A DNA stretch of 64,000 nt from Eledone cirrhosa (taxonomy: Eukaryota), in the NCBI GenBank assembly GCA_964016885.1, contig OZ024740.1, positions 81,716,001 through 81,780,000 of the forward strand. The letters run 5' to 3'. Below are positions 30,001-41,895 of this stretch, one piece after another. How positions within the stretch are numbered: position 1 is the first letter of the stretch; every line of letters begins with the position of its first letter. The position numbers were made by a program, and so were the translations under genes. The notes under the pieces were generated by a model that saw only the letters and a list, made by a program, of their open reading frames with translations, made no database searches and was not told the DNA's origin.

Positions 30001-33000
30001 ACTCGATTATTCTACTATATTTAGCTCTAGACCTAGCTATTGACCAGTTAATTTTATTGTTCACTTTTTGTCGATTCTATTAAATGATGAATAGCTCCTG
30101 TTTATTTTAACTTGTCTATTGAGCACTCTTATTCGACATGTGTATTTCCACATTTTCCCGAATATTTTTCGCGGATATAGAGGTTATCTCCCTTGCTGAA
30201 TTCCATGTGCGTATTTAGCCTGGGTTATGCCTTTTCATTCGTTTGGACAAAGCTCGTTGAGGAAGTAAACTCCCATCCGCCGGCACCTAGAAGTCTTATA
30301 TATTTTTATGTGAGCTGATAGAGGACAGTTTAAGGATTTACAGAAACCCAAGAAGCTAGATTTACCATCTTTCTAGCGGGTCCGGGTATGCTTTTTACAT
30401 TCATTTGATTTATTGATTTATTGATTTTTTATCTGCGTGTCCCGAATCTTCCAGATCGCAATTTTTCGGTTGTATGGTTGATTATACACTTGTTCTATGT
30501 GTGACGGTATTTTAACGATAGTTATAGCTCTGATTTATCTAAATTATTGAGCCCTCTGCCGCTCATATCGAATTTTGTTTATCGTGAACTCGTGCGCCGA
30601 TTTTTCGATACTCGATTATTCTACTATATTTAGCTCTAGACCTAGCTATTGACCAGTTAATTTTATTGTTCATTTTTTGTCGATTCTTTTAAATGATGAA
30701 TAGCTCCTGTTTATTTTAACTTGTCTATTGAGCACTCTTATTCGATATGTGTATTTCCACATTTTCCCGAATATTTTTCGCAGATATAGAGGTTATCTCC
30801 CTTGCTGAATTCCATGTTCGTATTTAGCCTGGGTTATGCCTTTTCATTCGTTTGGACAAAGCTCGTTGAGGAAGTAAACTCCCGTCCGCTAGCACCTAGA
30901 AGTCTTATATATTTTTATGTGAGCTGATAGAGGACAGTTTAAGGATTTACAGAAACCCAAGAAGCTAGATTTACCATCTTTCTAGCGGGTCCGGGTATGC
31001 TTTTTACATTCATTTGATTTATTGATTTATTGATTTTTTATCTGAGTGTCCCGAATCTTCCAGATCGCAATTTTTCGGTTGTATGGTTGATTATAGACTT
31101 GTTCTATGTGTGACGGTATTTTAACGATAGTTATAGCTCTGATTTATCTAAATTATTGAGCCCTCTGCCGCTCATATCGAATTTTGTTTATCGTGAACTC
31201 GTGCGCCGATTTTTCGATACTCGATTATTCTACTATATTTAGCTCTAGACCTAGCTATTGAGCAGTTAATTTTATTGTTCACTTTTTGTCGATTCTATTA
31301 AATGATGAATAGCTCCTGTTTATTTTAACTTGTCTATTGAGCACTCTTATTCGATATGTGTATTTCCACATTTTCCCGTATATTTTTCGCGGATATAGAG
31401 GTTATCTCCCTTGCTGAATTCCATGTGCGTATTTAGCCTGGGTTATGCCTTTTCATTCGTTTGGACAAAGCTCGTTGAGGAAGTAAACTCCCATCCGCCG
31501 GCACCTAGAAGTCTTATATATGTTTATGTGAGCTGATAGAGGACAGTTTAAGGATGTACAGAAAGCCATGAAGCTAGATTTACCATCTTTCTAGCGGGTC
31601 CGGGTATGCTTTTTACATTCATTTGATTTATTGATATATTGATTTTTTATCTTCGTCTCCCGAATCTTCCAGATCGCAATTTTTCACTTGTTCTATGTGT
31701 GACGGTATTTTAACGATAGTTATAGCTCTGATTTATCTAAATTATTGAGCCCTCTGCCGCTCATATCGAATTTTGTTTATCGTGAACTCTTGCGCCGATT
31801 TTTCGATACTCGATTATTCTACTATATTTAGCTCTAGACCTAGCTATTATCCAGTTAATTTTATTGTTCATTTTTTGTCGATTCTATTAAATGATGAATA
31901 GCTCCTGTTTATTTTAACTTGTCTATTGAGCACTCTTATTCGATATGTGTATTTCCACATTTTCCCGAATATTTTTCGCGGATATAGAGGTTATCTCCCT
32001 TGCTGAATTCCATGTGCGTATTTAGCCTGGGTTATGCCTTTTCATTCGTTTGGACAAAGCTTGTCGAGGAAGTAAACTCCCGTCCGCTGGCACCTAGAAG
32101 TCTTATATATTTTTATGTGAGCTGATAGAGGACAGTTTAAGGATTTACAGAAACCCAAGAAGCTAGATTTACCATCTTTCTAGCGGGTCCGGGTATGCTT
32201 TTTACATTCATTTGATTTATTGATTTATTGATTTTTTATCTGCGTGTCCAGAATCTTCCAGATCGCAATTTTTCGGTTGTATGGTTGATTATACACTTGT
32301 TCTATGTGTGACGGTATTTTAACGATAGTTATAGCTCTGATTTATCTAAATTATTGAGCCCTCTGCCGCTCATATCGAATTTTGTTTATCGTGAACTCGT
32401 GCGCCGATTTTTCGATACTCGATTATTCTACTATATTTAGCTCTAGACCTAGTTATTGACCAGTTAATTTTATTGTTCATTTTTTGTCGATTCTATTAAA
32501 TGATGAATAGCTCCTGTTTATTTTAACTTGTCTATTGAGCACTCTTATTCGATATGTGTATTTCCACATTTTCCCGAATATTTTTCGCGGATATAGAGGT
32601 TATCTCCCTTGCTGAATTCCATGTTCGTATTTAGCCTGGGTTATACCTTTTCATTCGTTTGGACAAAGCTCGTTGAGGAAGTAAACTCCCGTCCGCTGGC
32701 ACCTAGAAGTCTTATATATTTTTATGTGAGCTGATAGAGGACAGTTTAAGGATTTACAGAAACCCAAGAAGCTAGATTTACCATCTTTCTAGCGGTTCCG
32801 GGTATGCATTTTACATTCATTTGATTTATTGATTTATTGATTTTTTATCTGAGTGTCCCGAACCTTCCAGATCGCAATTTTTCGGTTGTATGGTTGATTA
32901 TAGACTTGTTCTATGTGTGACGGTATTTTAACGATAGTTATAGCTCTGGTTTATCTAAATTATTGAGCCCTCTGCCGCACATATCGAATTTTGTTTATCG

Positions 33001-33039
33001 TGAACTCGTGCGCCGATTTTCGATACTCGATTATTCTAC
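1..33039. repeat. Tandem satellite DNA array, 608/609-bp monomer, about 54 copies, open at the left window edge
   Basis: TGATTTTTTATCTG recurs at 1, 609, 1217, 1826 and onward. Monomers differ by only a few substitutions or indels. The last monomer breaks off at ...GATTATTCTAC (33039). Confidence 0.99.
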
Positions 33040-33070
33040 CATATATATATATACACATATATAAATATAT

Positions 33071-33165
<95 letters not shown>

Positions 33166-33176
33166 CCTATATATAT

Positions 33177-33223
<47 letters not shown>

Positions 33224-33250
33224 CATACATATATATAGATATATACATAC

Positions 33251-33287
<37 letters not shown>

Positions 33288-33377
33288 TACATATATATAT
33301 GCGTGTGTGTGTTTGTGTATATATATATGTATATGTATATGTGTATATATATATATATACACATATATATGTATATG

Positions 33378-33437
<60 letters not shown>

Positions 33438-33445
33438 TAGAGAGA
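33040..33445. repeat. Compound microsatellite (TA)n/(TACA)/(TG) followed by (GA)n
   Basis: Directly visible. It is the source of the YIYIYI ORFs. Confidence 0.97.
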
Positions 33446-33620
33446 GAATTAGTACATCTACCAACATATGTGTACAGATGTACACCCATGCTAGCAAATA
33501 ATTATGTTATGTCTTAGTACCTTTGTGGTTCTATGCAGGGGGATGCAGAACAATTATATGAAAGACGTAAAATAAGAAAATTTGAAAAAATTAAAAATCA
33601 ACTTACTTACTAAAATGTTC

Positions 33621-33715
33621 AATCCAACTAATTAGTTTCTGTAATGGGATAAATATAGTTACGTAATATAGTTACGTAATATAACTATAGAGAATTCCTC
33701 ACGTCATCAGAGAGT
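33621..33715 (-). ncRNA. Type I hammerhead ribozyme motif (copy 1)
   Basis: Minus strand reads ACTCT-CTGATGA-long stem II (with a 13-nt duplication)-GAAAC-TAATTA-GTT-GGATT. Stems I and II carry mismatches. Confidence 0.65.
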
Positions 33716-34006
33716 CTATTCTCAGCTAAGGTCCCAGGCGATGCGCGGACACTAGGAACCCATATAAAAATAATAATTCAGTGGATGGAATAAAGCTAGC
33801 GGGGACTAAATTCCAGAGCACTGAAAAAATTCACTGCCTCTGGTCGGTGGCAGATTCTAAAGAATCAATCACGTGACACTCAGGTTAATCAGCTGGGAGC
33901 GGGGTGGTATTATGACAAGAGCCTACTACTACTACCATGAATCAGCAGTAAATTTTATATGGGTTCCTAGTGTCCGCGCATCACCTGGGAACTTAGCTGA
34001 GAATAG

Positions 34007-34088
34007 ACTCCCTGATGACGTAAGGAATTCTCTATAGTTATATTACGTAACTATATTTATACCCTTACATAAACTAATTAGTTGGAGT
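34007..34088 (+). ncRNA. Type I hammerhead ribozyme motif (copy 2, GAAA mutated to TAAA)
   Basis: ACTCC/GGAGT stem I is perfect. CTGATGA at 34012-34018, GTAAGG/CCTTAC stem II, then TAAAC-TAATTA-GTT. Loss of G12 suggests it is inactive. Confidence 0.65.
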
Positions 34089-34538
34089 GAAAATCTTAGT
34101 AAGTTGATTTTTAATTTTTTTAAATTTTCTTATTTTACGTCTTTCATATAATTGTTCTGCATCCCCCTACATAGAACCACAAAGGTAGTAAGAGATAACA
34201 TATATATTTGCTAGCATGGGTGTACATCTGTACACATATGTTGGTATATGTACTAATTCCCTATATTTATCTCCAAATTTTTTGTTGAGCAAAACTTGCC
34301 AAAATTTACTGCTGATTAATGGTAGTAGTAGGCTCTTGTCATAATACCACCCCGCTCCTAACTGATTAACCTCAATGTCACGTGATCGATTCTTTAGAAT
34401 CTGCCACCGACCAGAGGCAGTGAATTTTTTCAGTGCTCTGGAATTTAGTCCCCGCTAGCTATATTCCATCCACTGAATTATTATTTTTATATGGGTTCCT
34501 AGTGTCCGCGCATCGCCTGGGAACTTAGCTGAGAATAG

Positions 34539-34620
34539 ACTCTCTGATGACGTAAGGAATTCTCTATAGTTATATTACGTAACTATATTTATCCCCTTAC
34601 AGAAACTAATTAGTTGGAGT
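34539..34620 (+). ncRNA. Type I hammerhead ribozyme motif (copy 3, intact core)
   Basis: ACTCT/GGAGT stem I, CTGATGA at 34544-34550, stem II GTAAGG/CCTTAC extended by TATAGTTA/TAACTATA, GAAA at 34602-34605, palindromic stem III AACTAATTAGTT, GUU cleavage triplet at 34613-34615. There is a C-A mismatch at the base of stem II. Confidence 0.75.
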
Positions 34621-34673
34621 GAAAATTTTAGTAAGTTGATTTTCTATTTTTTTAAATTTTCTTATTTTACGTC

Positions 34674-34677
<4 letters not shown>

Positions 34678-34744
<67 letters not shown>

Positions 34745-34781
34745 CATATATACATATATATTATGCCTGTATGTGTGTGTA
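34678..34781. repeat. (TA)n microsatellite with degenerate tail
   Basis: Directly visible. Confidence 0.95.
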
Positions 34782-34785
34782 AAGT

Positions 34786-34990
34786 CATGTGATGTAGTGT
34801 GCTAGATACAGAATCGTGAGTTTGAGAGTTCGATTCCTAGACCGGGAGACGCGTTTTGACCTTCTTGAAGACACCTTATGTGACGTCCCACCCGTTCACC
34901 CACCTGCAAATTTGCCACTGCACTGGCGGAAAGCTGTATTGGCTTATCCTTTCCCCATGCACAACATCGGTGTGCAAGGACTTCCACAAA
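34786..34990 (+). mobile_element. Degenerate tRNA-derived SINE fragment
   Basis: A-box-like TGTGATGTAGTG and B-box GAGTTCGATTCC (about 34826-34837), followed by a SINE-body-like sequence. Similar to the fragment at 40148. Confidence 0.5.
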
Positions 34991-35889
34991 CAAACCTTTC
35001 CCCTGACTTTTTCCTCGAAGTGAATCTTTCTAGGTGCAACACTAAGGTCTATTCCTGACCAAGTGAGTGCTTAGCATATCCATATATATTTGAACATATA
35101 AATAATTTCATGCATGCACTGTCTATACGTGGAGCTGAGAAAGAAAACAGGCCGTGACAGAAAATAAAGTGACAGAATAACCATAAGCCACCGAGAGGGC
35201 TAAAAGAAAAGAAAATATTGATTTCGGGAAAAGTATGAAATCTAATGTATCAACTACGAAACAAATGGAGCCAGATTCCATCCACCTTGAGAGAGAATAT
35301 ATAAAAAGCTTAATTAAATCTTCACCGTATTTTGAGATCCATTTGCTTAAGCCAATAAGGGAGTAAACGTAAATCATAAGAACTAACAACGAGACGAGGA
35401 CGTTGCATTTTTGTAGTGAGTAGATTTGGTTGCCATCTAAAAGATTTAAAAAAGAAAACGCACAAAATATACAGCATGGTATCAAAGTTAACAGAAGAAT
35501 TAAACACGAATAATATGTGTGTATACCTATATTAATATATAATTTAATTTTCTTTCTTAAAATCTTTCACGGTACAGATTACTCATCGTTTACTTCAATA
35601 CTTAGCTCCCACCAGGTCGAGCAAAACCATTAACTCCCGGCACTGACATGGAAAAAGACCACATAGCTATGTCATTAAAAAAACATACGTATATTTATAA
35701 ATAAGGATTATACTCTCGGCATGATACAATGCACTAATGATTTTATCCATCGCATCAGATAGAAAGCATATCACTACGAAAATAGACATACAATGTTTGA
35801 GGAATACATAAGAGAAATACGGATTTAAATCATGTAAAAACCCACCAAGTAACTCCCAAATTTATGCGTTTGAAATCAAGCTCATGAAC

Positions 35890-36232
<343 letters not shown>

Positions 36233-36296
36233 TAGAAAGTGAGGTTTTTTTTACAAAATGAAAAATAACCGAGGTGTCCTACACGAGTGAAAGCAT

Positions 36297-36472
36297 AAAG
36301 AAAAAGAGATGAAATCGAAAATGCAACTGGAGTCTTACACAGACCCTCCATCTCAACTCACCTTTTGAAAAGCAGAAGATCTGCGAAACCGGTAAAGGAA
36401 CCAAATAAATATATATATATATTTTTTTAAATAAGACACCAGTTGCATTTTCGATTTCATCTCTTTTTCTTT
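36297..36472. mobile_element. Short Penelope-type terminal-repeat fragment: 41-bp inverted repeat enclosing a minimal hammerhead
   Basis: AAAGAAAAAGAGATGAAATCGAAAATGCAACTGGAGTCTTA (36297-36337) is inverted at 36432-36472 with one mismatch. TA tracts lie nearby on both sides. Confidence 0.6.
36361..36398 (+). ncRNA. Minimal type I hammerhead ribozyme, U3-A8 core variant
   Basis: CCTT-TTGAAAA-GCAGA(aga)TCTGC-GAAA-CCGG-TA-AAGG. Stem I is CCTT/AAGG, stem II is GCAGA/TCTGC, stem III is the palindrome ACCGGT, and the cleavage triplet is GUA. Confidence 0.75.
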
Positions 36473-36473
36473 A

Positions 36474-36511
<38 letters not shown>

Positions 36512-36617
36512 GAGAGATTGTGTGAGTTTGAAATACCAAATATAATTGTTGACAGTCATTTCGCAAAATACATAACTTTTATTGGAGAAGGTAAGATAAT
36601 TTTACGCATATATATAT

Positions 36618-37899
36618 ATGCACGCTAGAAACACTCTACTCTTTACTGCTAATGACACTTGGGTAAAAATAGCTAACCCAGAGAGCCCATTCGATGTCTC
36701 AATGGGATCTTTTGACAGTGCTGATGTTTGTGATTTCGTCGGCCTATTCCTCCTACACACTATTAAAAAAAAATTCCCTAACCATATTTTTGGGCTTTAT
36801 CTTGACGATGGTCTAATACTTTCCCATACCACCATAGGCCATAACTTAGATAGATTAAGGAAAGACTTAATAAAAACCTTTGCTAGTTTTAATATTAAAA
36901 TTACTATTGACACTAACCTTTCCAATGTTAATTTTCTAGATATAAACCTAGATTTGCTTACTGCTTCTTATAAACCATACCATAAACCTAATAAAAATTT
37001 AAAATATATAAATAAAGGCTCTTGTAATCCTCCTATAGTTTTTAAAAACCTCATGCCTAATATTAGCCGTAGGATCTCCACCCTCTCTTCCTCAGAAGCT
37101 ATTTTCAATAAGGCATCCCCCTACTATAATAAAGCCCCCCAAAATAGCGGATTTAGCGAACCGATTAAGTACATACCAACTATACTAACTCTTTTAAACA
37201 TAAAAATAGGAAAAGAAAAATAATCTGGTTCACACCCCCCTACTCTCTAGCAGTTAAAACTAATGTAGGCAAAACATTCCTAGAGCTCTTAGATAAACAT
37301 TTCCCTAGAGCACATAGATACTATAAGATCTTCAATAGAAATTGTGTCAAAATTAGCTACTCCTGCGGTCCCCCTATTAAATCTTATATCATCAACAAAA
37401 AATCACCCAGAGAACATCAAAATTGCTCCTGTAGAGTCAAAAGTGAATGCCCATTACAAGGTAAATGCAACACCAAAGCCATTGTATATGCAGCTAAAGT
37501 GACAACCACCAGCAACAACCAACCAGCCACCAGTGAACGATATGTGGGTATGACTCAAGACAAATTCAAAACGCGTTATTACTCACATGTCGCATCCTTC
37601 CGACATCCAGAAAAAGATTCACAACTGCTCTGGCTAGCAGAATATGGGATTTGAAAGACCGAGGTATCCAATATAAATTGGATTGGTCAATTTTGAACCA
37701 ATCTAAAGAATATGCAAGAGGAACAAGAAGATGCACACTCTGCATAAATGAAAAATATTGGATTTTACAAAACCTTAAATCACCAAAAACCTGCCTAAAT
37801 ACAAAGACAGACATTTTCACCTGTTGCCCACACATGAAATCACACTTGCTTTCCAGCTCATATAAACTTAACTCACTTTCAGATACTTATCCTCCATAA
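36618..37899 (+). pseudogene. Frameshifted Naiad-type RT and C-terminal GIY-YIG endonuclease
   Basis: RT motifs FDVSMGSFDSADVCDFVGL, GLYLDDGL and VNFLDINLDL. After a frameshift near 37200: KRKIIWFTPPYS...DKHFP...KIFNRNCVKISYSC, then NCSCRVKSECPLQGKC, AIVYAAKV...YVGMT...FKTRYYSH. After a frameshift near 37615: CTLCINEK...CCPH. Confidence 0.88.
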
Positions 37900-38448
37900 G
37901 CTCTTATTCTTCACTTAAATTATTCTCTTTAAAGACTACTCTTCCTTATTTACTTTCATTTTTAACCTTATTTTTAATTTTATTTTTATTTTTATTTTTA
38001 CTTCACATCCATCAGTAACCCCCTCCCCCTTTATTCTTCGATTCACTTACCTAATATCTTCACATTCCACATTTTACTTCCTTATTTTCTTTACTCCCTG
38101 ATTATACTAGTGACTTGCGTTTTCCACTCCAGATATTTACTGTTGTTTCGCAGCCGATTTTATATTTGTACCCATTTATTCATAAGGCTGATTCATACTC
38201 TGTATCTATGTGTCTGAGCGTCTTCATGTGTGTATACGTTCTGTATATGTACACGAACGCCCCCGTATCTGCGCGTGCGTGCGTGTATATATATATGTGT
38301 GTGTATGTGTGTTTTTATATCTGTGTTTTTACATCTGTTTTTTACATTCTTATTTTTATGTGTGTGTGTGTAAGCGAGTTAATGTACGTGAATGAGTATG
38401 TGTGTATGTGTGTATATATGTATTGTTTGTATAGGTGTGTATATGTAC

Positions 38449-38494
<46 letters not shown>

Positions 38495-39213
38495 TCGCGT
38501 ACGTACGTGTGATTAGATATACATGGGGCGATATGTATGTATATACGTGCATCCTGTGTATGTATGTACGCATGCATGCGCTTTTGTCTGTACGTATTTG
38601 CGTGTATAAATATATTTTGTTATAGATATATGTTTTTTATAGATATATGTGTATGTATGCGTGTACTTATGTTTGTTTTCTTTTCTTTTCTTTTCTCTAG
38701 TGTTAATTGACTACTTTCTCTTTCATTTAAACATTTTTTTCTTTCTCATATATTGTTTCATTTTTATACATATATCGAGAATGACACTTTCTTGTAACTA
38801 TTATACTCCCTTCCCTCTTTATCTTCCGCATATAAGTGACCGCGCGTGTGTGTGTGTTTATACGCGTGCTTTCATACTCGTATGTGTATCTAATACCTGT
38901 TTCTGGATACGTGTCAACTATATTATCATTTTCTTTTTCAACTCATATTATATCCGTATTTGTGGTTGCATATACACAAATATAGTTGCCCTCATATATG
39001 TACTTACACACACATTTTCACCATACACATGCATTTGTACATACATACATATGTACCATTGTGAGTGTGTATACATACATATACACACACCTAACTATAT
39101 TTCCTTATATTTTTTTATATATTTTATATATCTCTTGCATTACTTTTATTTATATATATATATATTTTTTGCATTTCTTGAGGAGACTTTCCAAATATTT
39201 CACTATGTTTTAT

Positions 39214-39291
39214 ATTGCCTTGTCCGACGAACGAATGAGGACGTTTTTTTCGTATTCGTCTTATTCGGGAAACCTCTGGTAATGAGGTAAT
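39214..39291 (+). ncRNA. Type I hammerhead ribozyme motif with U4C change, downstream of the Naiad ORF
   Basis: 10-bp stem I ATTGCCTTGT/ATGAGGTAAT (with G-U pairs), core CCGACGA at 39224-39230, stem II CGAATGAGGACG/CGTCTTATTCG, GAAA at 39269-39272, stem III ACC-tct-GGT, GUA triplet at 39279-39281. Confidence 0.72.
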
Positions 39292-40147
39292 TATATTGTA
39301 TTGTTTATTATACATTAAATTTTGCTCTGGTACTTACATAGAGCATTCTTCACTCCTATGACTTTTTCAATTTTCAACGGAAACTTCAATACTTATATAT
39401 ATATATATGCTTACACCTACACAATACATATATATATACATATACACACACATATATATACATATATATATATACATACATACATATCCTGGATTCTCGG
39501 TTTCTGCTGATGCTGTAATCTTCGAGAAAAGCAATTTGCAACATGTCGAACACAATGGCTGCATGATGTAAGCCGTATACTGCATTAGATTCATCAGCAG
39601 ACCGAGTAAGTAAGTAGAGGGAGTTAAACCATTCGTTCCCTGAGAGCGTAAAATATATTACTGCTAGAATGCAATTGTCTTCAGCATGCAGTAATGTCTT
39701 GGTAGGGAGAATGACCTATCATTCACCATAGGCTAGAGCTAAATGGTGCCAGAAATTCGACATAGAATATATTTCAAGTATACAGCCATAATCTAGAATC
39801 TAGATCTACACCGGTTTTGGTAAAATAAAATGAGAATTGTGAATAAACACAACGGTAAAAGAGGACGTTATTACAATCTACTTACGTTTCTTGTTGTTCT
39901 GTTAAGTGGCAGAATATAGAAATATAATTGTTGAGCTAGATTAATGTAAGAATGTTAAATAAAAAATTATGTCATAATATTTCGAATCTAGAAACTCCTT
40001 AAATACAATTTATGGTTAAAGTAGTCTGTGAGAAAAGCCTGTATATATTTACACAACGGTGCCTACGCTCAGTTACACAGCATGAAGTAAGTTTTGCTTC
40101 AGCTAATATACTTAATTATCACGGGTAATAATGCAAATTGGAACGAA

Positions 40148-40260
40148 CGTGGCTTAATTGCTTGAGAGTTTGTGTGTTCGATTTCTGGGGCGGCCGATGC
40201 GTTGTTTTATGGAGCAAGTTATTTTATTTCTCAATTCTACTTCGAAATTGCGTTGCGACA
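40148..40260 (+). mobile_element. Degenerate tRNA-derived SINE fragment
   Basis: CGTGGCTTAATTG (A-box-like) and GTTCGATTTC (B-box-like), followed by GCGTTGTTTTATGGAGCAAG. Confidence 0.45.
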
Positions 40261-40571
40261 GGTAAATTGTATTAGCAATTTGTAAGACCGATTAACAGAT
40301 TCTTTTGTTGATTCGATCTGACGAGTTCATCTACCATCGGTAAGCGAAGGCGGTCTGGGATCTTGTCGATTGGAATTCGGGAATAATGCAAAAATTATAT
40401 GATTCGTTTTTTATCTTCACATTATATTTCCTTAGCATTTAATTTGCTGACGTTCCCAGAAACTATTTGCACCAGGTCTTTCAACAACACACAAATATAA
40501 ATTATCTACACTGTAGCTCTTATTTTGAACTCTGTTTAGACAGTAACATCCACAACACGCACAAATGGTCA

Positions 40572-40663
40572 CGCACAGACACCTACAAACACACACACAC
40601 AAACACACACACGTGCACCCACGCACACACACACACGCACACGCACACACACACGCACACACA

Positions 40664-40726
<63 letters not shown>
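40572..40726. repeat. (CA)n/(TA)n microsatellite
   Basis: Directly visible. Confidence 0.95.
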
Positions 40727-41051
40727 GCTGGTATATCTCTTTATTATTCTAAATATATATATTCTTTTCTAAATCACAAGTCTATATTAATAGATGTTTA
40801 AAACGCATCGATTTTTCGGAAATCATATGAAATTTTGTATTTTGTATTAAATGTTGTAATTTTCATTGATTTCAGCCTCATTTTCACTCCCACTGTAAAA
40901 GAATTTCAACATAGATACTTTCTATATCGATTATTTCTATAAACTATGTTTCAAATCATTTAAAGTGATATTGTGTGACTAGACTGCAGTTAGTTTTGCG
41001 AAATATAATATACTCAAATACAACAGTGGGTGGTACAGTTCGTTAACATTA

Positions 41052-41346
41052 TCTATATATCTAAAACAGAGAATGTCTGTCTGTTTGTCTGTCTGACCAC
41101 CTAAAACTCGAGAAACACCCAACCGAATTTTTTCAAACTTTACAAAAGTATTTCAAATTTTCAATACCCGATGGACCGCATTAGGCGATTTAGCAATCTC
41201 TCTCTATAATTCTTAGTCTTTCTTTTTAGATAGATACATAGATATAACGCTGCGCCCTTATTATATCTGTCTGTATGTCTGGCTGTCTGCATTACGACAT
41301 TATGACGCTATATGTGTGTGTGTGTGTATATATGTATATATATATA

Positions 41347-41415
<69 letters not shown>

Positions 41416-41525
41416 AACGTTTTTTGAAATATTTACTTCTGCGTTCACAGATTGATTTTTTTTAGTTTCAGAAGATCCCGTTAAGGGTGAAAGCGGCGAT
41501 TCTTTGCTTAAACTTTAATCTGTTA

Positions 41526-41561
<36 letters not shown>

Positions 41562-41707
41562 TATATTCTTGTACAGATATTTTTGCATTCAAAATCACGA
41601 CATATAAACAAACGTATTTATTTCACGAGGCTCGATAAGGATAAATATATATAAAATATATAAGAACCCTAGAGCAAATCCTGAGAAACGCCGGGCCATT
41701 CTGCTAG
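41052..41707 (+). mobile_element. Non-autonomous Helitron
   Basis: 5' TCTATATATCTAAAA followed by (GTCT)n, and 3' CCTGAGAAACGCCGGG imperfect hairpin followed by CTAG. It sits between A (41051) and T (41708) with no TSD. Confidence 0.7.
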
Positions 41708-41895
41708 TTTGTTACTAAATATATAAAATATAGTAAAGCTATATATACATCGTGTGGTTTAAATTATTATCATACACTTTGGGATTGCATCTGTTTCAAC
41801 ACAGCACCTGAGAAAGAATAACTTGGCAAGCATGCAGTACGCAGAAATGACCTTGTAAGTCTGGAGTTAATAATTCAATCACTTATATCAATTAC

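Larger units (their letters stand above)
33446..34684. mobile_element. Non-coding retrozyme-like (non-autonomous Penelope-type) element: 532-bp unit, about 1.4 copies on + (33953-34684) plus an inverted, permuted copy on - (33446-33956)
   Basis: ATATGGGTTCCTAGTGTCCG occurs at 33957 and 34489 (period 532). 33446-33956 is the reverse complement of 34301-34684 continued by 34150-34259. Each copy carries a hammerhead motif, and the element is flanked by (GA)/(TA) microsatellites. Confidence 0.75.
36618..39393 (+). mobile_element. 5'-truncated Penelope-like element, Naiad-type, with a long microsatellite-rich 3' region ending near a hammerhead
   Basis: RT plus GIY-YIG coding remnant at 36618-37899, same-strand hammerhead at 39214-39291, and TA tracts at both ends. 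The right boundary is inferred. Confidence 0.65.

Noticed and set aside
1-33039. CRISPR array, 5S/snRNA/tRNA gene array, or CENP-B box in the satellite
   Set aside because: No unique spacers and no recognisable RNA gene. The Sm-like AATTTTTCGG lacks snRNA context, and I found no TTCG....A..CGGG match on either strand.
35123-35507. Hydrophobic 120-aa minus-strand ORF
   Set aside because: TTG start, AT-rich composition and no recognisable domain.
37420-37850. Selenocysteine recoding in the Naiad ORF
   Set aside because: The conserved cysteines are TGT/TGC, with no in-frame TGA at those positions in the part present.
40318-40360. CTGACGAG as a sixth hammerhead core
   Set aside because: No stem II and no GAAA (GAAG only), and no stem I partner.
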